From: an uncultured Bermanella sp. | GTDB taxonomy: Bacteria; Pseudomonadota; Gammaproteobacteria; Pseudomonadales; Oceanobacteraceae | Direction of reading: 5' to 3' | Length of the DNA: 34,827 bases | NCBI GenBank assembly: GCA_913054445.1 | Contig: CAJXIK010000001.1 | Location: 1-34,827, forward strand | Shown here: positions 17,921 to 27,168 of the stretch, piece after piece | Layout of the letters: every line of letters starts with the position of its first letter | How positions within the stretch are numbered: position 1 is the first letter of the stretch | Translations under genes and position numbers: made by a program | The notes under the pieces: model-generated | What the model was told of the DNA's origin: nothing | What the model saw: the letters and a program-made list of their open reading frames with translations, nothing else | Database searches by the model: none

Positions 17921-20617
17921 CTACTGCAAAAAGTTAACCCAAATACACAAGCCCATGAGCTTGGGTTTGGCAGCCTGTAAATAAGCCGCTGATTGCTTGG
18001 CATTTAAGCTTAAGGTATCAATCTCACTCTGATAACTGCCAGGCTCTATTTCCAAAGAGCGGTAGCGCGTCAACTCCCGCTTAGTATTTTCCAGCATAGT
18101 GGCCACCGAGGCCTTAATGGCATCTCCGCTGGTATGGGCCGCCAGTTTTTCACTGAGGCTAATGGCTCTGACGATCTCGGGCCACTTCATGCTGATGATT
18201 TCTTGAGCCATCTCTTTATTGATGAATTCGCTGTTGTCGCGCATGGCGTCTAGATCCAACACTCGGCTCATGTTCTTGAGTTCATCGCTGATGGTGTAGT
18301 GGCGGGTCTGCGGCGCGAGGTAGCGGTTCAGTTCTAAGCGGCCCGGCCCCTGTGCCTTAATCTGATAGTGTGCCTCTACAAATACCTGACCGTTCTTATA
18401 GTTTTCGTCCTTGAAGAGGGTGCAGGCGGTGAAGGCGTGACCAGATGCTTCTAGGTCATCGATGATGCCTTTTATCCATGGGTGATCCCAGGATATAAAT
18501 TCAAGGTCCTCACGCAACGAGGCCTGCTGACGGTCGAAGGTGATGGTAGCCTTGTCATCGCGTAAATTATTGATGAAAGAAAAGGGGCAGTTTTCCTGGG
18601 GGCTAATGATAATGTTTTGCGCGCTGGCTTGTTCGGTATCTATGTGCGCGTTATCGAAAATATTAAGCAGGGTATTTTTAAGCTTTCCCTGGTCATCATC
18701 GGCGCTTTTAATGGAGTCCAGCAGGTGAGCGATGCGCTCTTCCTGATAGGAGTGCTGCTCCAATAAGCGGTCACGGCCCTGCTCGATCTCGGCCAACAGC
18801 TGAATGCTGGCCTGCTGGCATTGGACGATAACGGCCTCTGCTTGCTCGCCGCTGGCCAGCATCTCATCAATCTCTATGCTGTACGCCTCATAGATGGGGG
18901 AGGCCGCCGGGTTAGGCTGGGTAAACATGTCGAAGCCATGGTGATACAGGGCCGCCAACCTGGCCTGTGCGCTCTTGGATTGCAGTGGCACATGGATATA
19001 AATATCGCTGCCCTGGCCGATGCGATCTAAGCGGCCGATGCGTTGATCCACTAGGTCGGGGTGATTGGGCAAATCGAATAAGACCAAGTGTTGTGCGTGC
19101 TGGAAGTTTCGGCCCTCACCACCAATCTCGCTGCACACCAGTACTTGCAGGCCATCAGGTTCGACAAATTGAGCGGCTATTTGATCGCGCTCTATTAAGC
19201 TGTAATGCTCATGGAAGGCACCAGATTGAATCTGGGTTTGTTGGTTAATTTGCTGGCTGATGTGTTGCGCATCATCGGCTAGCTGGCAAATTAGGAGCAC
19301 TTTTTGCTGCCCCTGCTGAGGCAGCCATGCCAGCAGCCATTCTAGGTTGGTCTGCTCTTTTAGGTGATAAAACTCACTGTGGCGCTGGGGGAAGCCCGCT
19401 ATGGTGCGGCGGGTGTTGCGATAAACCATTCGACCGGTGCCGTAGCGGTCGGCCATCCAGTCGATGAAGGTGCTCTCACTCTCTGAGCTGCCGATGCTGT
19501 CTTGGGCTAACGCCAGTAGCTTGTCATCTTGCAATTTACCAATTTGATCCATAGAGGCTGCTAGGCCATCCATTTCGATGGCGTCCACGATCTCGCTCAC
19601 CAGTCCGTATTGCTGCTCTTCCTGTAGGAATTGATCTAGGTTGCAGAAACGCAATGGGTCCAATAGGTGCAAGCGCGCGAAGTGACTTTCCACTCCCAGT
19701 TGCTCTGGCGTGGCGGTCAACAACAACACTCCGGTGCTGACTTTCGATAAAGCCAGCGCAGACTGATAGGCCTTAGATTGCCATTGCAAACGGTGGCTTT
19801 CATCTATGACCATCATGTCCCATTGGGTTTTCTGGGCCTGATCTAGGTACCGGCTGTGATTGAGCCAATCGAAATTACACAGCGCCACCTGCACCTGATT
19901 AAACGGGTTGTCGCTGTCCTGCTGAGCGCAATACTCATCATCTATGAGGGTGCAGTCTAGGTTAAACTTACGCTTCATTTCCACCAGCCACTGGTTAACC
20001 AAGGATGCAGGCACGCAGATGAGGATGCGCTGGGCGCGGCCACTCATCATGAGTTGGTGAATAACCAGGCCAGCCTCGATGGTTTTACCCAGCCCCACCT
20101 CATCGGCCAGCAGGGCCCTGGGCAAGGGCATCTTGAGTATTTGCTGGGCGACATCGTATTGATGGGGAATGATGTTAATCTTGGGGCCCACGAAGCCATG
20201 GCATAACTTACCCTGGTGCTCGGTGGTGGCCTGCAGGAAGTTACGGTATAGATCGAACCACTTAAAGCTGCCAATCTGACCGCTTTGCAGGCGATCTAGC
20301 GGGCTTACCTTGCCTTGATCGCTGTCTAGCTCGCTCTCGCAGATGCTGTCGTCTGCGCCGAAACGGTATTGCAATACACCGCGCTTCTCTTCGAGGGCGG
20401 TCACGGCCACGGTTTGTCCATTGGCCAGTATGATACTGTCACCCACGGTAAAGCGGCAGCGAATCAGAGGGGTGGTGCCAATTGAATAGAGGCGGCTGCA
20501 TTCAGCCAGAGGAAATTCTATGGTGACGCGGCGATGTTCGATGTCACTGACGATGCCCAAGCCGAGTTCAGGTTCAGCCAAGCTGAGCCACCGTTGTCCA
20601 CAAATAAACTGAGTCAT
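17921..20617 (-). CDS. rapA: RNA polymerase-associated SWI2/SNF2 ATPase RapA
   Basis: GQRWLSLAEPELGLG N-terminus, LLADEVGLGKTIEAG, DESH, LTATPEQLG, EIGGEGRNFQ, QRIGRLDRIGQ, GRDRLLE and SWDHP. Confidence 0.92.
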   Translation of the reverse strand: MTQFICGQRWLSLAEPELGLGIVSDIEHRRVTIEFPLAECSRLYSIGTTPLIRCRFTVGDSIILANGQTVAVTALEEKRGVLQYRFGADDSICESELDSDQGKVSPLDRLQSGQIGSFKWFDLYRNFLQATTEHQGKLCHGFVGPKINIIPHQYDVAQQILKMPLPRALLADEVGLGKTIEAGLVIHQLMMSGRAQRILICVPASLVNQWLVEMKRKFNLDCTLIDDEYCAQQDSDNPFNQVQVALCNFDWLNHSRYLDQAQKTQWDMMVIDESHRLQWQSKAYQSALALSKVSTGVLLLTATPEQLGVESHFARLHLLDPLRFCNLDQFLQEEQQYGLVSEIVDAIEMDGLAASMDQIGKLQDDKLLALAQDSIGSSESESTFIDWMADRYGTGRMVYRNTRRTIAGFPQRHSEFYHLKEQTNLEWLLAWLPQQGQQKVLLICQLADDAQHISQQINQQTQIQSGAFHEHYSLIERDQIAAQFVEPDGLQVLVCSEIGGEGRNFQHAQHLVLFDLPNHPDLVDQRIGRLDRIGQGSDIYIHVPLQSKSAQARLAALYHHGFDMFTQPNPAASPIYEAYSIEIDEMLASGEQAEAVIVQCQQASIQLLAEIEQGRDRLLEQHSYQEERIAHLLDSIKSADDDQGKLKNTLLNIFDNAHIDTEQASAQNIIISPQENCPFSFINNLRDDKATITFDRQQASLREDLEFISWDHPWIKGIIDDLEASGHAFTACTLFKDENYKNGQVFVEAHYQIKAQGPGRLELNRYLAPQTRHYTISDELKNMSRVLDLDAMRDNSEFINKEMAQEIISMKWPEIVRAISLSEKLAAHTSGDAIKASVATMLENTKRELTRYRSLEIEPGSYQSEIDTLSLNAKQSAAYLQAAKPKLMGLCIWVNFLQ

Positions 20618-20666
20618 ATTCCCCCCATTAACGAGGGCCGGATATTATCATTTAGTGGCGCTGGCC

Positions 20667-21503
20667 TCAGCTTTTAATTTCAGACATTTTCTTTTTAATG
20701 CCCACCTCAAAGCGACGGTACATACCTTCGGTCATCTTAAGCTCGTCGAATATGGGGTCTTTTATGATTTCCCATTCGTGATTATTGACACACTGAGCCA
20801 GGTAGCCAGGTAAGCGGGCGATTTGTTCGGCAATTTTTAACACTAATAGCAGTTCGCCCGCTTCGTCTTTTTTCTCAATTTGGGTAATGATTTTATCTGG
20901 GTCATGATGCACGTGTATGCACTTGCCGATGGCACCACTTAAACCCCAGCTGGCAGATAACTGGGCACCCATGGCCGCGTGCGATGTGCCTAAGTGCTGC
21001 CGTTCATGTTCGCTAATTTGACCCGTTTCGTCAAAGTAGGCGGCCTTTATGACCTTAGGGTAGCCTTTACAGGTTTGGTTTAATATGGCCATGCCGGCGT
21101 TGTGGAAGATAGCCGTCGTGTAGCTTTCATCGGTGGCGGCGATATCTAATTCCTTGCTAATTAGCACTGAGATCACCGCCACTTTTAAACTGGTTTTCCA
21201 TAAGACGCTTAAGAGTTTGTCCTTGCCAGCAAAAATGGTGGTGCGCAATAATCGACCGGTGGTGAGATTGACGATGCGGTGCATGCCCAGCATGCGCACG
21301 GCTTCTTCGGCACTCTTAATTTCACGCACTAGGCTAAAATAGGGCGCATTAATGGTGGCTAATACCTCCTTATAGAGTTCAGGGTGCTGTGTAATTATCT
21401 GCGCTATGGCATTAAGATCATTTTTAGCGTCTTTTATCTCTAAAAGTACGGGGGGGATCTCGGGTAATGGAACGGATGGCGCCGCTGATTCAGTTTCCGC
21501 CAT
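20667..21503 (-). CDS. Stand-alone HDOD domain protein
   Basis: LPEIPPVL, VLATINAPYF, AVRMLG, FHNAG, SHAAMGAQLSASWGL and HHDP. AGGAG RBS. Confidence 0.88.
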   Translation of the reverse strand: MAETESAAPSVPLPEIPPVLLEIKDAKNDLNAIAQIITQHPELYKEVLATINAPYFSLVREIKSAEEAVRMLGMHRIVNLTTGRLLRTTIFAGKDKLLSVLWKTSLKVAVISVLISKELDIAATDESYTTAIFHNAGMAILNQTCKGYPKVIKAAYFDETGQISEHERQHLGTSHAAMGAQLSASWGLSGAIGKCIHVHHDPDKIITQIEKKDEAGELLLVLKIAEQIARLPGYLAQCVNNHEWEIIKDPIFDELKMTEGMYRRFEVGIKKKMSEIKS

Positions 21504-21598
21504 GTTTTACTCTCCTAAATAGCTGTTATCAGTATAGGAGGTTTGCAGAAATTCGTGTGGGCGTGCGAAAATAAAGGCTGATTAAGAGGTAAGTTTTT

Positions 21599-22483
21599 AT
21601 GTTGTCCTATATTGAACCTGTTTTTAGACCGCCCAGCGAAGCTCATTCGCTTATTTTACAGGTGACCAATGGCTGTTCCTGGAATAACTGTACGTTTTGT
21701 GAGATGTACACAGAGGAGCAAAAGAAGTTCCGTCCCACCCAGCAAGATAAGGTATTTTCAGATATAGCGGCGGCGGCAAGATCGGTGGTGCCCTTCGAGA
21801 AGGTGTTTCTAGCCGATGGCGATGCCATGGTGCTGTCCATGCGCAAATTAACGGCTATCTTACAAGAAATACGCACTAAAATGCCTTGGGTAAAGCGCGT
21901 GTCTTCTTATTGCCTGCCACGAAACCTCAATAAAAAATCGGTGGAGGATCTCAAACAGCTGAAGGCATTGGGCCTCGATATTCTTTTCGTGGGCTGTGAG
22001 TCGGGTGATGACCAAGTGTTAGAGGGGGTCAGTAAGGGCGAAACTTACGCCACTCAAAAGGATGCTCTGCTTAAAATTAAGCAGGCGGGGCTGCGTACTT
22101 CGGTGATGATTCTAAACGGCCTAGGGGGGCGGGCACTCTCCGAGCAGCACGCCATTAATTCTGCACGCTTAATGAATGAATGCCAACCAGACTACTTGTC
22201 CACCCTAGTCGTGAGCTTCCCCACGGGGGAAGAAAGGTTTAGGGCAGGTTTTACAGAATCCTGGCAGGCCTTGCAGCAAAGAGATCTATTCTTGGAGTTA
22301 AGATGTTTCATAAGCCATTTAGAGTTGCAGAATACCGTCTTCAGGAGTGACCATGCCTCCAACTATTTACCGCTAAAGGGCAACTTGGGTGTCGATAAGC
22401 AGGCCTTACTAGAAAAACTAGACATGGCCTTGCATCACCCAGAACAGGTGCAGTTAAGGCAAGAATGGCAGCGGGGGCTGTAA
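21599..22483 (+). CDS. Uncharacterised radical SAM protein
   Basis: CSWNNCTFC (CxxxCxxC), with RPPSEA-SLILQVT N-terminus, FLADGDA, GCESG and FRSDHASNY. Confidence 0.92.
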   Translation: MLSYIEPVFRPPSEAHSLILQVTNGCSWNNCTFCEMYTEEQKKFRPTQQDKVFSDIAAAARSVVPFEKVFLADGDAMVLSMRKLTAILQEIRTKMPWVKRVSSYCLPRNLNKKSVEDLKQLKALGLDILFVGCESGDDQVLEGVSKGETYATQKDALLKIKQAGLRTSVMILNGLGGRALSEQHAINSARLMNECQPDYLSTLVVSFPTGEERFRAGFTESWQALQQRDLFLELRCFISHLELQNTVFRSDHASNYLPLKGNLGVDKQALLEKLDMALHHPEQVQLRQEWQRGL

Positions 22484-23022
22484 TGGAAGAATCGCACGAC
22501 ATAATGACTCTGGCCGCTCAGCTGGGTCGCTTCGAGGACATGAAGACGCAATTACCGCCGGTAAATGACTGGCACCCTGAACTATCAGGGGACATGGACA
22601 TGCTTATTAAAAAAGATGGCACTTGGCTGCATGAGGGCGATGCCATCAAGAGAGAGAAGCTGGTCCGCACCTTCAGCACGATATTAAAGAAAGAAGGGAA
22701 GGATTATTACCTGCTAACCCCAGTTGAAAAATGGCGTATTCAGGTTGAGGATCTGCCGTTTCTAGTGGTGCTGGCCAATATTCGCGGCACAGGCGCAGAC
22801 CAAGCCATCACCTTGATGACCAACGTTGGGGACGAAATAACGCTAGGTAATGCGCATTGTTTGCAACTGGGCAAAAATTCACAGCCCTATGTGGAAATCA
22901 GGCATGGGCTTAACGCCCGCTTAAATCGAAATGTATATTACCAGCTGGCAGAATTGGCGCAGGAAAGTCAAAATGGCCAGTTTGTATTTCACAGTGGCGG
23001 TGCCTGCCATCAAATTGGCTAA
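22483..23022 (+). CDS. DUF1285 family protein, 179 aa
   Basis: ATG overlaps the upstream stop (TAATG). PPVNDWHP, IKKDGTWLHEG, LLTPVEK, VEDLPF, TNVGD and PYVEIR..L.ARLNRNVYYQL. Confidence 0.88.
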   Translation: MEESHDIMTLAAQLGRFEDMKTQLPPVNDWHPELSGDMDMLIKKDGTWLHEGDAIKREKLVRTFSTILKKEGKDYYLLTPVEKWRIQVEDLPFLVVLANIRGTGADQAITLMTNVGDEITLGNAHCLQLGKNSQPYVEIRHGLNARLNRNVYYQLAELAQESQNGQFVFHSGGACHQIG

Positions 23023-23024
23023 CG

Positions 23025-23060
23025 GGTTAATATATGTTCCACGAGGAACAAATATTAACC
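23025..23060. other. 36-bp palindrome centred on a parS-like 16-mer
   Basis: GGTTAATATATGTTCC-ACGA-GGAACAAATATTAACC with 15/16 complementary arms. The core 23035-23050 TGTTCCACGAGGAACA is 15/16 identical to TGTTCCACGTGGAACA. Confidence 0.55.
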
Positions 23061-23163
23061 AGTTTGGTGATGTCTGTTTTTAATAGCCAGTCGTCACTAA
23101 GTAAGCAGGTTTGTGTATTGAGCTCATGGTATCAATTGAGCACTTCGAAGTTAAACCCACGCC

Positions 23164-23197
23164 ATAAAAAAAGGAGCCAGTAGGCTCCTTTTTTTAT
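23164..23197. terminator. Bidirectional intrinsic terminator (ETF-QO and DUF1285)
   Basis: ATAAAAAAAGGAGCC-AGTA-GGCTCCTTTTTTTAT, a perfect inverted repeat with A and T tracts. Confidence 0.9.
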
Positions 23198-23243
23198 TTT
23201 TGCTCAGGGAGCTGTTTAGGCATCCCATCACTGGTGTCGTCAA

Positions 23244-24887
23244 TTACATGTTTGGATAGTTCGGACCACCGGCACCTTCTGGTGTTACCCAAGTGATGTT
23301 TTGGGCAGGGTCTTTGATATCACATGTCTTGCAGTGAACGCAGTTCTGAGAGTTAATCTGGAAGCGTTTTTCGCCTTCTTCATTCTCTATGATCTCGTAC
23401 ACACCGGCAGGGCAGTAACGCTGGGCGGGCTCATCATACAGAGGCAAGTTTTTCGCCAGTGGGATGCTCGCATCGGCCAATTTTAGGTGGCAAGGCTGAT
23501 CTTCGGCATGATTAACGTTACCGATGAACACAGAGTCCAGTTTCGCGAAACTAATCACACCATCGGGCTTAGCGTAATCGATCTTCTTGCATTCGGCGGC
23601 CGGCTTTAAGGTTGCGTAATCCGGCGTAGTATCATGCAGGGTAAATGGCAACGGCAGGAGGTTGTGATGCACATAGTTATAAGCACCCCCTAGGAACATG
23701 CCAAATTTATGCATGGCAGGGCCAAAGTTACGGCTGTTGTGCAAGTCCTTGTATACCCAAGAGCTTTCGAAGGCAGCGCTGAACTCGGTGATTTCATCGT
23801 TGGCACGACCAGCGTCGATGGCGATTATGATCTGCTCGGCGGCGATCATGCCGCTCTTCATGGCGGTATGGGTGCCTTTAATCTTGGAGAAATCCAAGGT
23901 ACCAGCATCACAACCCACCACTAAACCACCTGGGAAAGTCATCTTAGGTAGGCAGTTTAGGCCTCCTTTCGTGATGGCACGAGCGCCGTAAGAGGCACGT
24001 TTACCACCTTCAAGATGCTTCAGTAAAACCGGGTGATGCTTGAGGCGCTGAAATTCATCAAACGGGCTAACATGGGGGTTTGAATAAGACAGGTCGGTGA
24101 TCAGGCCTACCACTACTTGGTTGTTTTCGGCGTGGTACAAGAAGAAGCCACCGGTAGAACCGGATTCAGATAGCGGCCAGCCGGCACCATGTATCACTAA
24201 GCCTTGCTGATGTTTAGCTGGGTCGATGTCCCAAAGTTCCTTGATGCCGATGCCGTAATGCTGGGCATCTTTACCTTCGTCTAGCTTGAACTCAGAGATA
24301 AGCTGCTTGCCTAAATGGCCGCGACAACCTTCAGCAAAAACCGTGTATTTACCACGTAATTCCATGCCAGCCATGTAGCTGTCTTTCTGTTCGCCGGCCT
24401 CAGAGATGCCCATATCGCCGGTGACTATGCCTTTAACGGCACCGTCTTCGACTATGTATTCGGCGGCGGTGAATCCTGGGTAAATTTCGACGCCCAGCTC
24501 TTCGGCTTGCTCACCTAACCAGCGTACAACGTTGCCGAGGCTAACCACGTAATTACCGTCGTTATGCATGGGCTTAGGAATCATCCAGTTAGGCGTCTTA
24601 ATGCCTTTTTGGTCGCTGGTTAAGAAGTAAACTTCATCTTTTTTCACTTCGGTGTTTAAAGGGGCACCCATCTCTTTATAGTTAGGGAACAGCTCTAACA
24701 GAGCGCGATCTTCAATGACGGCACCCGATAATATATGGGCACCCACCTCAGAGCCTTTTTCAACTAGGCAAACACTCAGTTCTTGGCCTTTATCGTTGGC
24801 CAGTTGCTTTAGGCGGATTGCAGTTGACAGGCCAGACGGGCCTCCGCCAATCACGACGACATCGTATTCCATCGCTTCGCGTTCCAT
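23244..24887 (-). CDS. Electron transfer flavoprotein-ubiquinone oxidoreductase
   Basis: Start moved to ATG 24887 after GAGGAG. GGGPSG, EKGSEVGAHILSGA, KIKGTH, RYCPAGVYE and NCVHCKTCDIKDP. Confidence 0.96.
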   Translation of the reverse strand: MEREAMEYDVVVIGGGPSGLSTAIRLKQLANDKGQELSVCLVEKGSEVGAHILSGAVIEDRALLELFPNYKEMGAPLNTEVKKDEVYFLTSDQKGIKTPNWMIPKPMHNDGNYVVSLGNVVRWLGEQAEELGVEIYPGFTAAEYIVEDGAVKGIVTGDMGISEAGEQKDSYMAGMELRGKYTVFAEGCRGHLGKQLISEFKLDEGKDAQHYGIGIKELWDIDPAKHQQGLVIHGAGWPLSESGSTGGFFLYHAENNQVVVGLITDLSYSNPHVSPFDEFQRLKHHPVLLKHLEGGKRASYGARAITKGGLNCLPKMTFPGGLVVGCDAGTLDFSKIKGTHTAMKSGMIAAEQIIIAIDAGRANDEITEFSAAFESSWVYKDLHNSRNFGPAMHKFGMFLGGAYNYVHHNLLPLPFTLHDTTPDYATLKPAAECKKIDYAKPDGVISFAKLDSVFIGNVNHAEDQPCHLKLADASIPLAKNLPLYDEPAQRYCPAGVYEIIENEEGEKRFQINSQNCVHCKTCDIKDPAQNITWVTPEGAGGPNYPNM

Positions 24888-25082
24888 TGAACTCTCCTCA
24901 AAATATAAAGCTAACAACCCTAATCACTGGGTTGCGTGTCAATTTAGGCCAGGTTAGCCAGAAAAAAAGTGGGCATAGTATACGGGCTCTGATTGTGATA
25001 GCCAAACATAAAACAACAGGCGTGCGGCGACAATAGGTGGGCGAATACAAAGAATCACGATTCCATAGTATTACATACTAGC

Positions 25083-25102
25083 ATTCAAACAACTGTTTGA
25101 AT
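25083..25102. promoter_or_regulatory. PsrA-type (TetR) operator between ETF-QO and etfB
   Basis: ATTCAAAC-AACT-GTTTGAAT, a perfect dyad fitting CAAAC-N4-GTTTG. etf genes are known PsrA targets in Pseudomonas. Confidence 0.75.
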
Positions 25103-25302
25103 ACAATCCCGAGCACAAAAGTTAGCCAGGTAGCGAATCATAAATACGCCTAGAGCCTAGCCGACCAGCTCTGTAGATATTGACTTGAACTGGTAACAAG
25201 TTCAGTATGTTGCGCCGTAATAGACTGGTTGGTATATAACGTTTCTAATTTTTATGCCAAGTCTACTTAATCTTTAAATTCACTCAATTTGACGGAGAAT
25301 CT

Positions 25303-26052
25303 ATGAAGGTTCTTGTTGCTGTTAAGCGTGTCATCGACTACAACGTTAAAGTACGCGTTAAAGCCGATAATACCGATGTTGATCTAGCCAATGTAAAAAT
25401 GGCTATGAACCCATTCTGCGAAATCGCGGTTGAAGAAGCGGTTCGCCTAAAAGAAAAGGGCGTTGCCACCGAGATTGTGGTTGTCTCCATAGGCCCTAAA
25501 GTGGCTCAGGAGCAGATCCGTACCTCTCTAGCACTGGGTGCCGATCGCGGTATCCTAGTAGAAACAGAAGAAAAGCTTGAATCTCTTGCTGTTGCTAAAA
25601 TCCTCAAAGCGATTGTTGAAAAAGAACAGCCTCAACTGGTTATTCTTGGTAAGCAATCCATCGATAACGACAACAACCAGACTGGCCAGATGCTGGGCGC
25701 GTTGACTGGCATGCCACAGGGCACATTTGCCTCTGAAGTGGTGGTCGAGGGTGACAAGGTTAATGTTACTCGCGAGATCGACAGCGGTCTGCGTACCGTT
25801 GGTCTGACTCTGCCGGCCATCGTCACCAGTGACCTACGCTTAAACGAGCCTCGTTACGCGTCTTTGCCAAACATCATGAAAGCCAAGCGTAAGCCTTTAG
25901 AGGTGGTTAGCACAGGTGATCTTGGTGTTGAGATTAAATCAACGCAAACCCTCGTTAAGGTAACACCACCAGCAGAACGCTCTGCCGGTATTAAGGTTGC
26001 TAGCGTCGATGAGCTGGTTGAGAAACTTAAAAACGAAGCGAAGGTACTGTAA
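25303..26052 (+). CDS. etfB: Electron transfer flavoprotein beta subunit
   Basis: [34 protein letters not shown] and [19 protein letters not shown]. Confidence 0.97.
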   Translation: MKVLVAVKRVIDYNVKVRVKADNTDVDLANVKMAMNPFCEIAVEEAVRLKEKGVATEIVVVSIGPKVAQEQIRTSLALGADRGILVETEEKLESLAVAKILKAIVEKEQPQLVILGKQSIDNDNNQTGQMLGALTGMPQGTFASEVVVEGDKVNVTREIDSGLRTVGLTLPAIVTSDLRLNEPRYASLPNIMKAKRKPLEVVSTGDLGVEIKSTQTLVKVTPPAERSAGIKVASVDELVEKLKNEAKVL

Positions 26053-26981
26053 TGAGCACTCTAGTTATTGCAGAGCACGACAACGCAAGCATCAATGCCG
26101 CGACTCTTAACACAGTTGCCGCAGCTAAAGCGATTGGCGGCGATATTGATCTATTGGTTGCGGGCCTTGATTGTGGCGCTGCTGCTGAAGCCGCCGCTAA
26201 AATTGACGGTGTTAACAAGGTATTAGTGGCCGATGACGCCGCCTATCAATACCAGTTGGCCGAAGTTATGGGTGATTTAGTTGCTGAACTAGGCAAAGGC
26301 TATAGCCACATCCTAGCGCCAGCTACCACTACAGGTAAGGACTTCTTGCCACGCGCAGCAGCCCTATTAGACGTGAACATGCTGTCTGAAATCATCAGCG
26401 TAGTGTCTGCCGACACTTTCACTCGTCCTATTTATGCCGGTAATGCCATCGCTACGGTTCAGTCCAGCGATGCTATTAAGGTTGTGACAGTACGTGCCAC
26501 TGGTTTTGATGCAGTTGCGGCCGAGGGTGGTTCTGCTGCCGTTGAGTCTGTGAGCACTGTGGCTGACAAGGGTGTTTCTGCGTTTGTCGGTGAAGAGCTG
26601 GCCAAGTCCGACCGTCCAGAGCTAACCGCTGCTAGCATCGTAATTTCTGGTGGTCGCGGTATGCAAAACGGCGAAAACTTCGAGATGCTATACAAGCTGG
26701 CCGACAAGCTAGGTGCCGCCGTGGGCGCGTCTCGTGCTGCGGTTGACGCGGGCTTCGTTCCTAACGACATGCAAGTGGGGCAAACGGGTAAAATCGTTGC
26801 ACCTGACCTCTATGTTGCCGTTGGTATCTCCGGTGCCATCCAGCACTTGGCGGGTATGAAGGACTCTAAAGTCATTGTTGCCATCAACAAAGACGAAGAA
26901 GCGCCTATCTTCCAAGTGGCCGATTACGGTCTAGTGGCTGACTTATTTGAAGCCATCCCTGAGCTAGATAGCAAACTGTAA
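26052..26981 (+). CDS. etfA: Electron transfer flavoprotein alpha subunit
   Basis: TAATG overlap with etf[30 protein letters not shown] and GISGAIQH. Confidence 0.97.
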   Translation: MSTLVIAEHDNASINAATLNTVAAAKAIGGDIDLLVAGLDCGAAAEAAAKIDGVNKVLVADDAAYQYQLAEVMGDLVAELGKGYSHILAPATTTGKDFLPRAAALLDVNMLSEIISVVSADTFTRPIYAGNAIATVQSSDAIKVVTVRATGFDAVAAEGGSAAVESVSTVADKGVSAFVGEELAKSDRPELTAASIVISGGRGMQNGENFEMLYKLADKLGAAVGASRAAVDAGFVPNDMQVGQTGKIVAPDLYVAVGISGAIQHLAGMKDSKVIVAINKDEEAPIFQVADYGLVADLFEAIPELDSKL

Positions 26982-26997
26982 AGTTCCGCTTTGTACT

Positions 26998-27027
26998 AAA
27001 AAGCCAGGCTTAGCCTGGCTTTTTTTT
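26998..27027 (+). terminator. Intrinsic terminator after etfA
   Basis: AAAAAGCCAGGC-TTA-GCCTGGCTTTTTTTT. Confidence 0.92.
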
Positions 27028-27168
27028 GTTCAAAATTAAGGGCTTAGATCATACACATCACAAATAATGGCAAAAATAGCCGTTTTTAGCTCAGTTAATT
27101 CATATCTAGGAAACTACTAGGTACACTAAGCGTCTATTACAGAATCACAAAATGGACGCAGGCCCGCA

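Noticed and set aside
17921-21503. SNF2 helicase plus HD-family protein as an anti-phage or Cas3-like module
   Set aside because: The ATPase has RapA-specific N- and C-terminal motifs, the partner is an HDOD lacking the HD Asp, and there is no array, nuclease or methylase.
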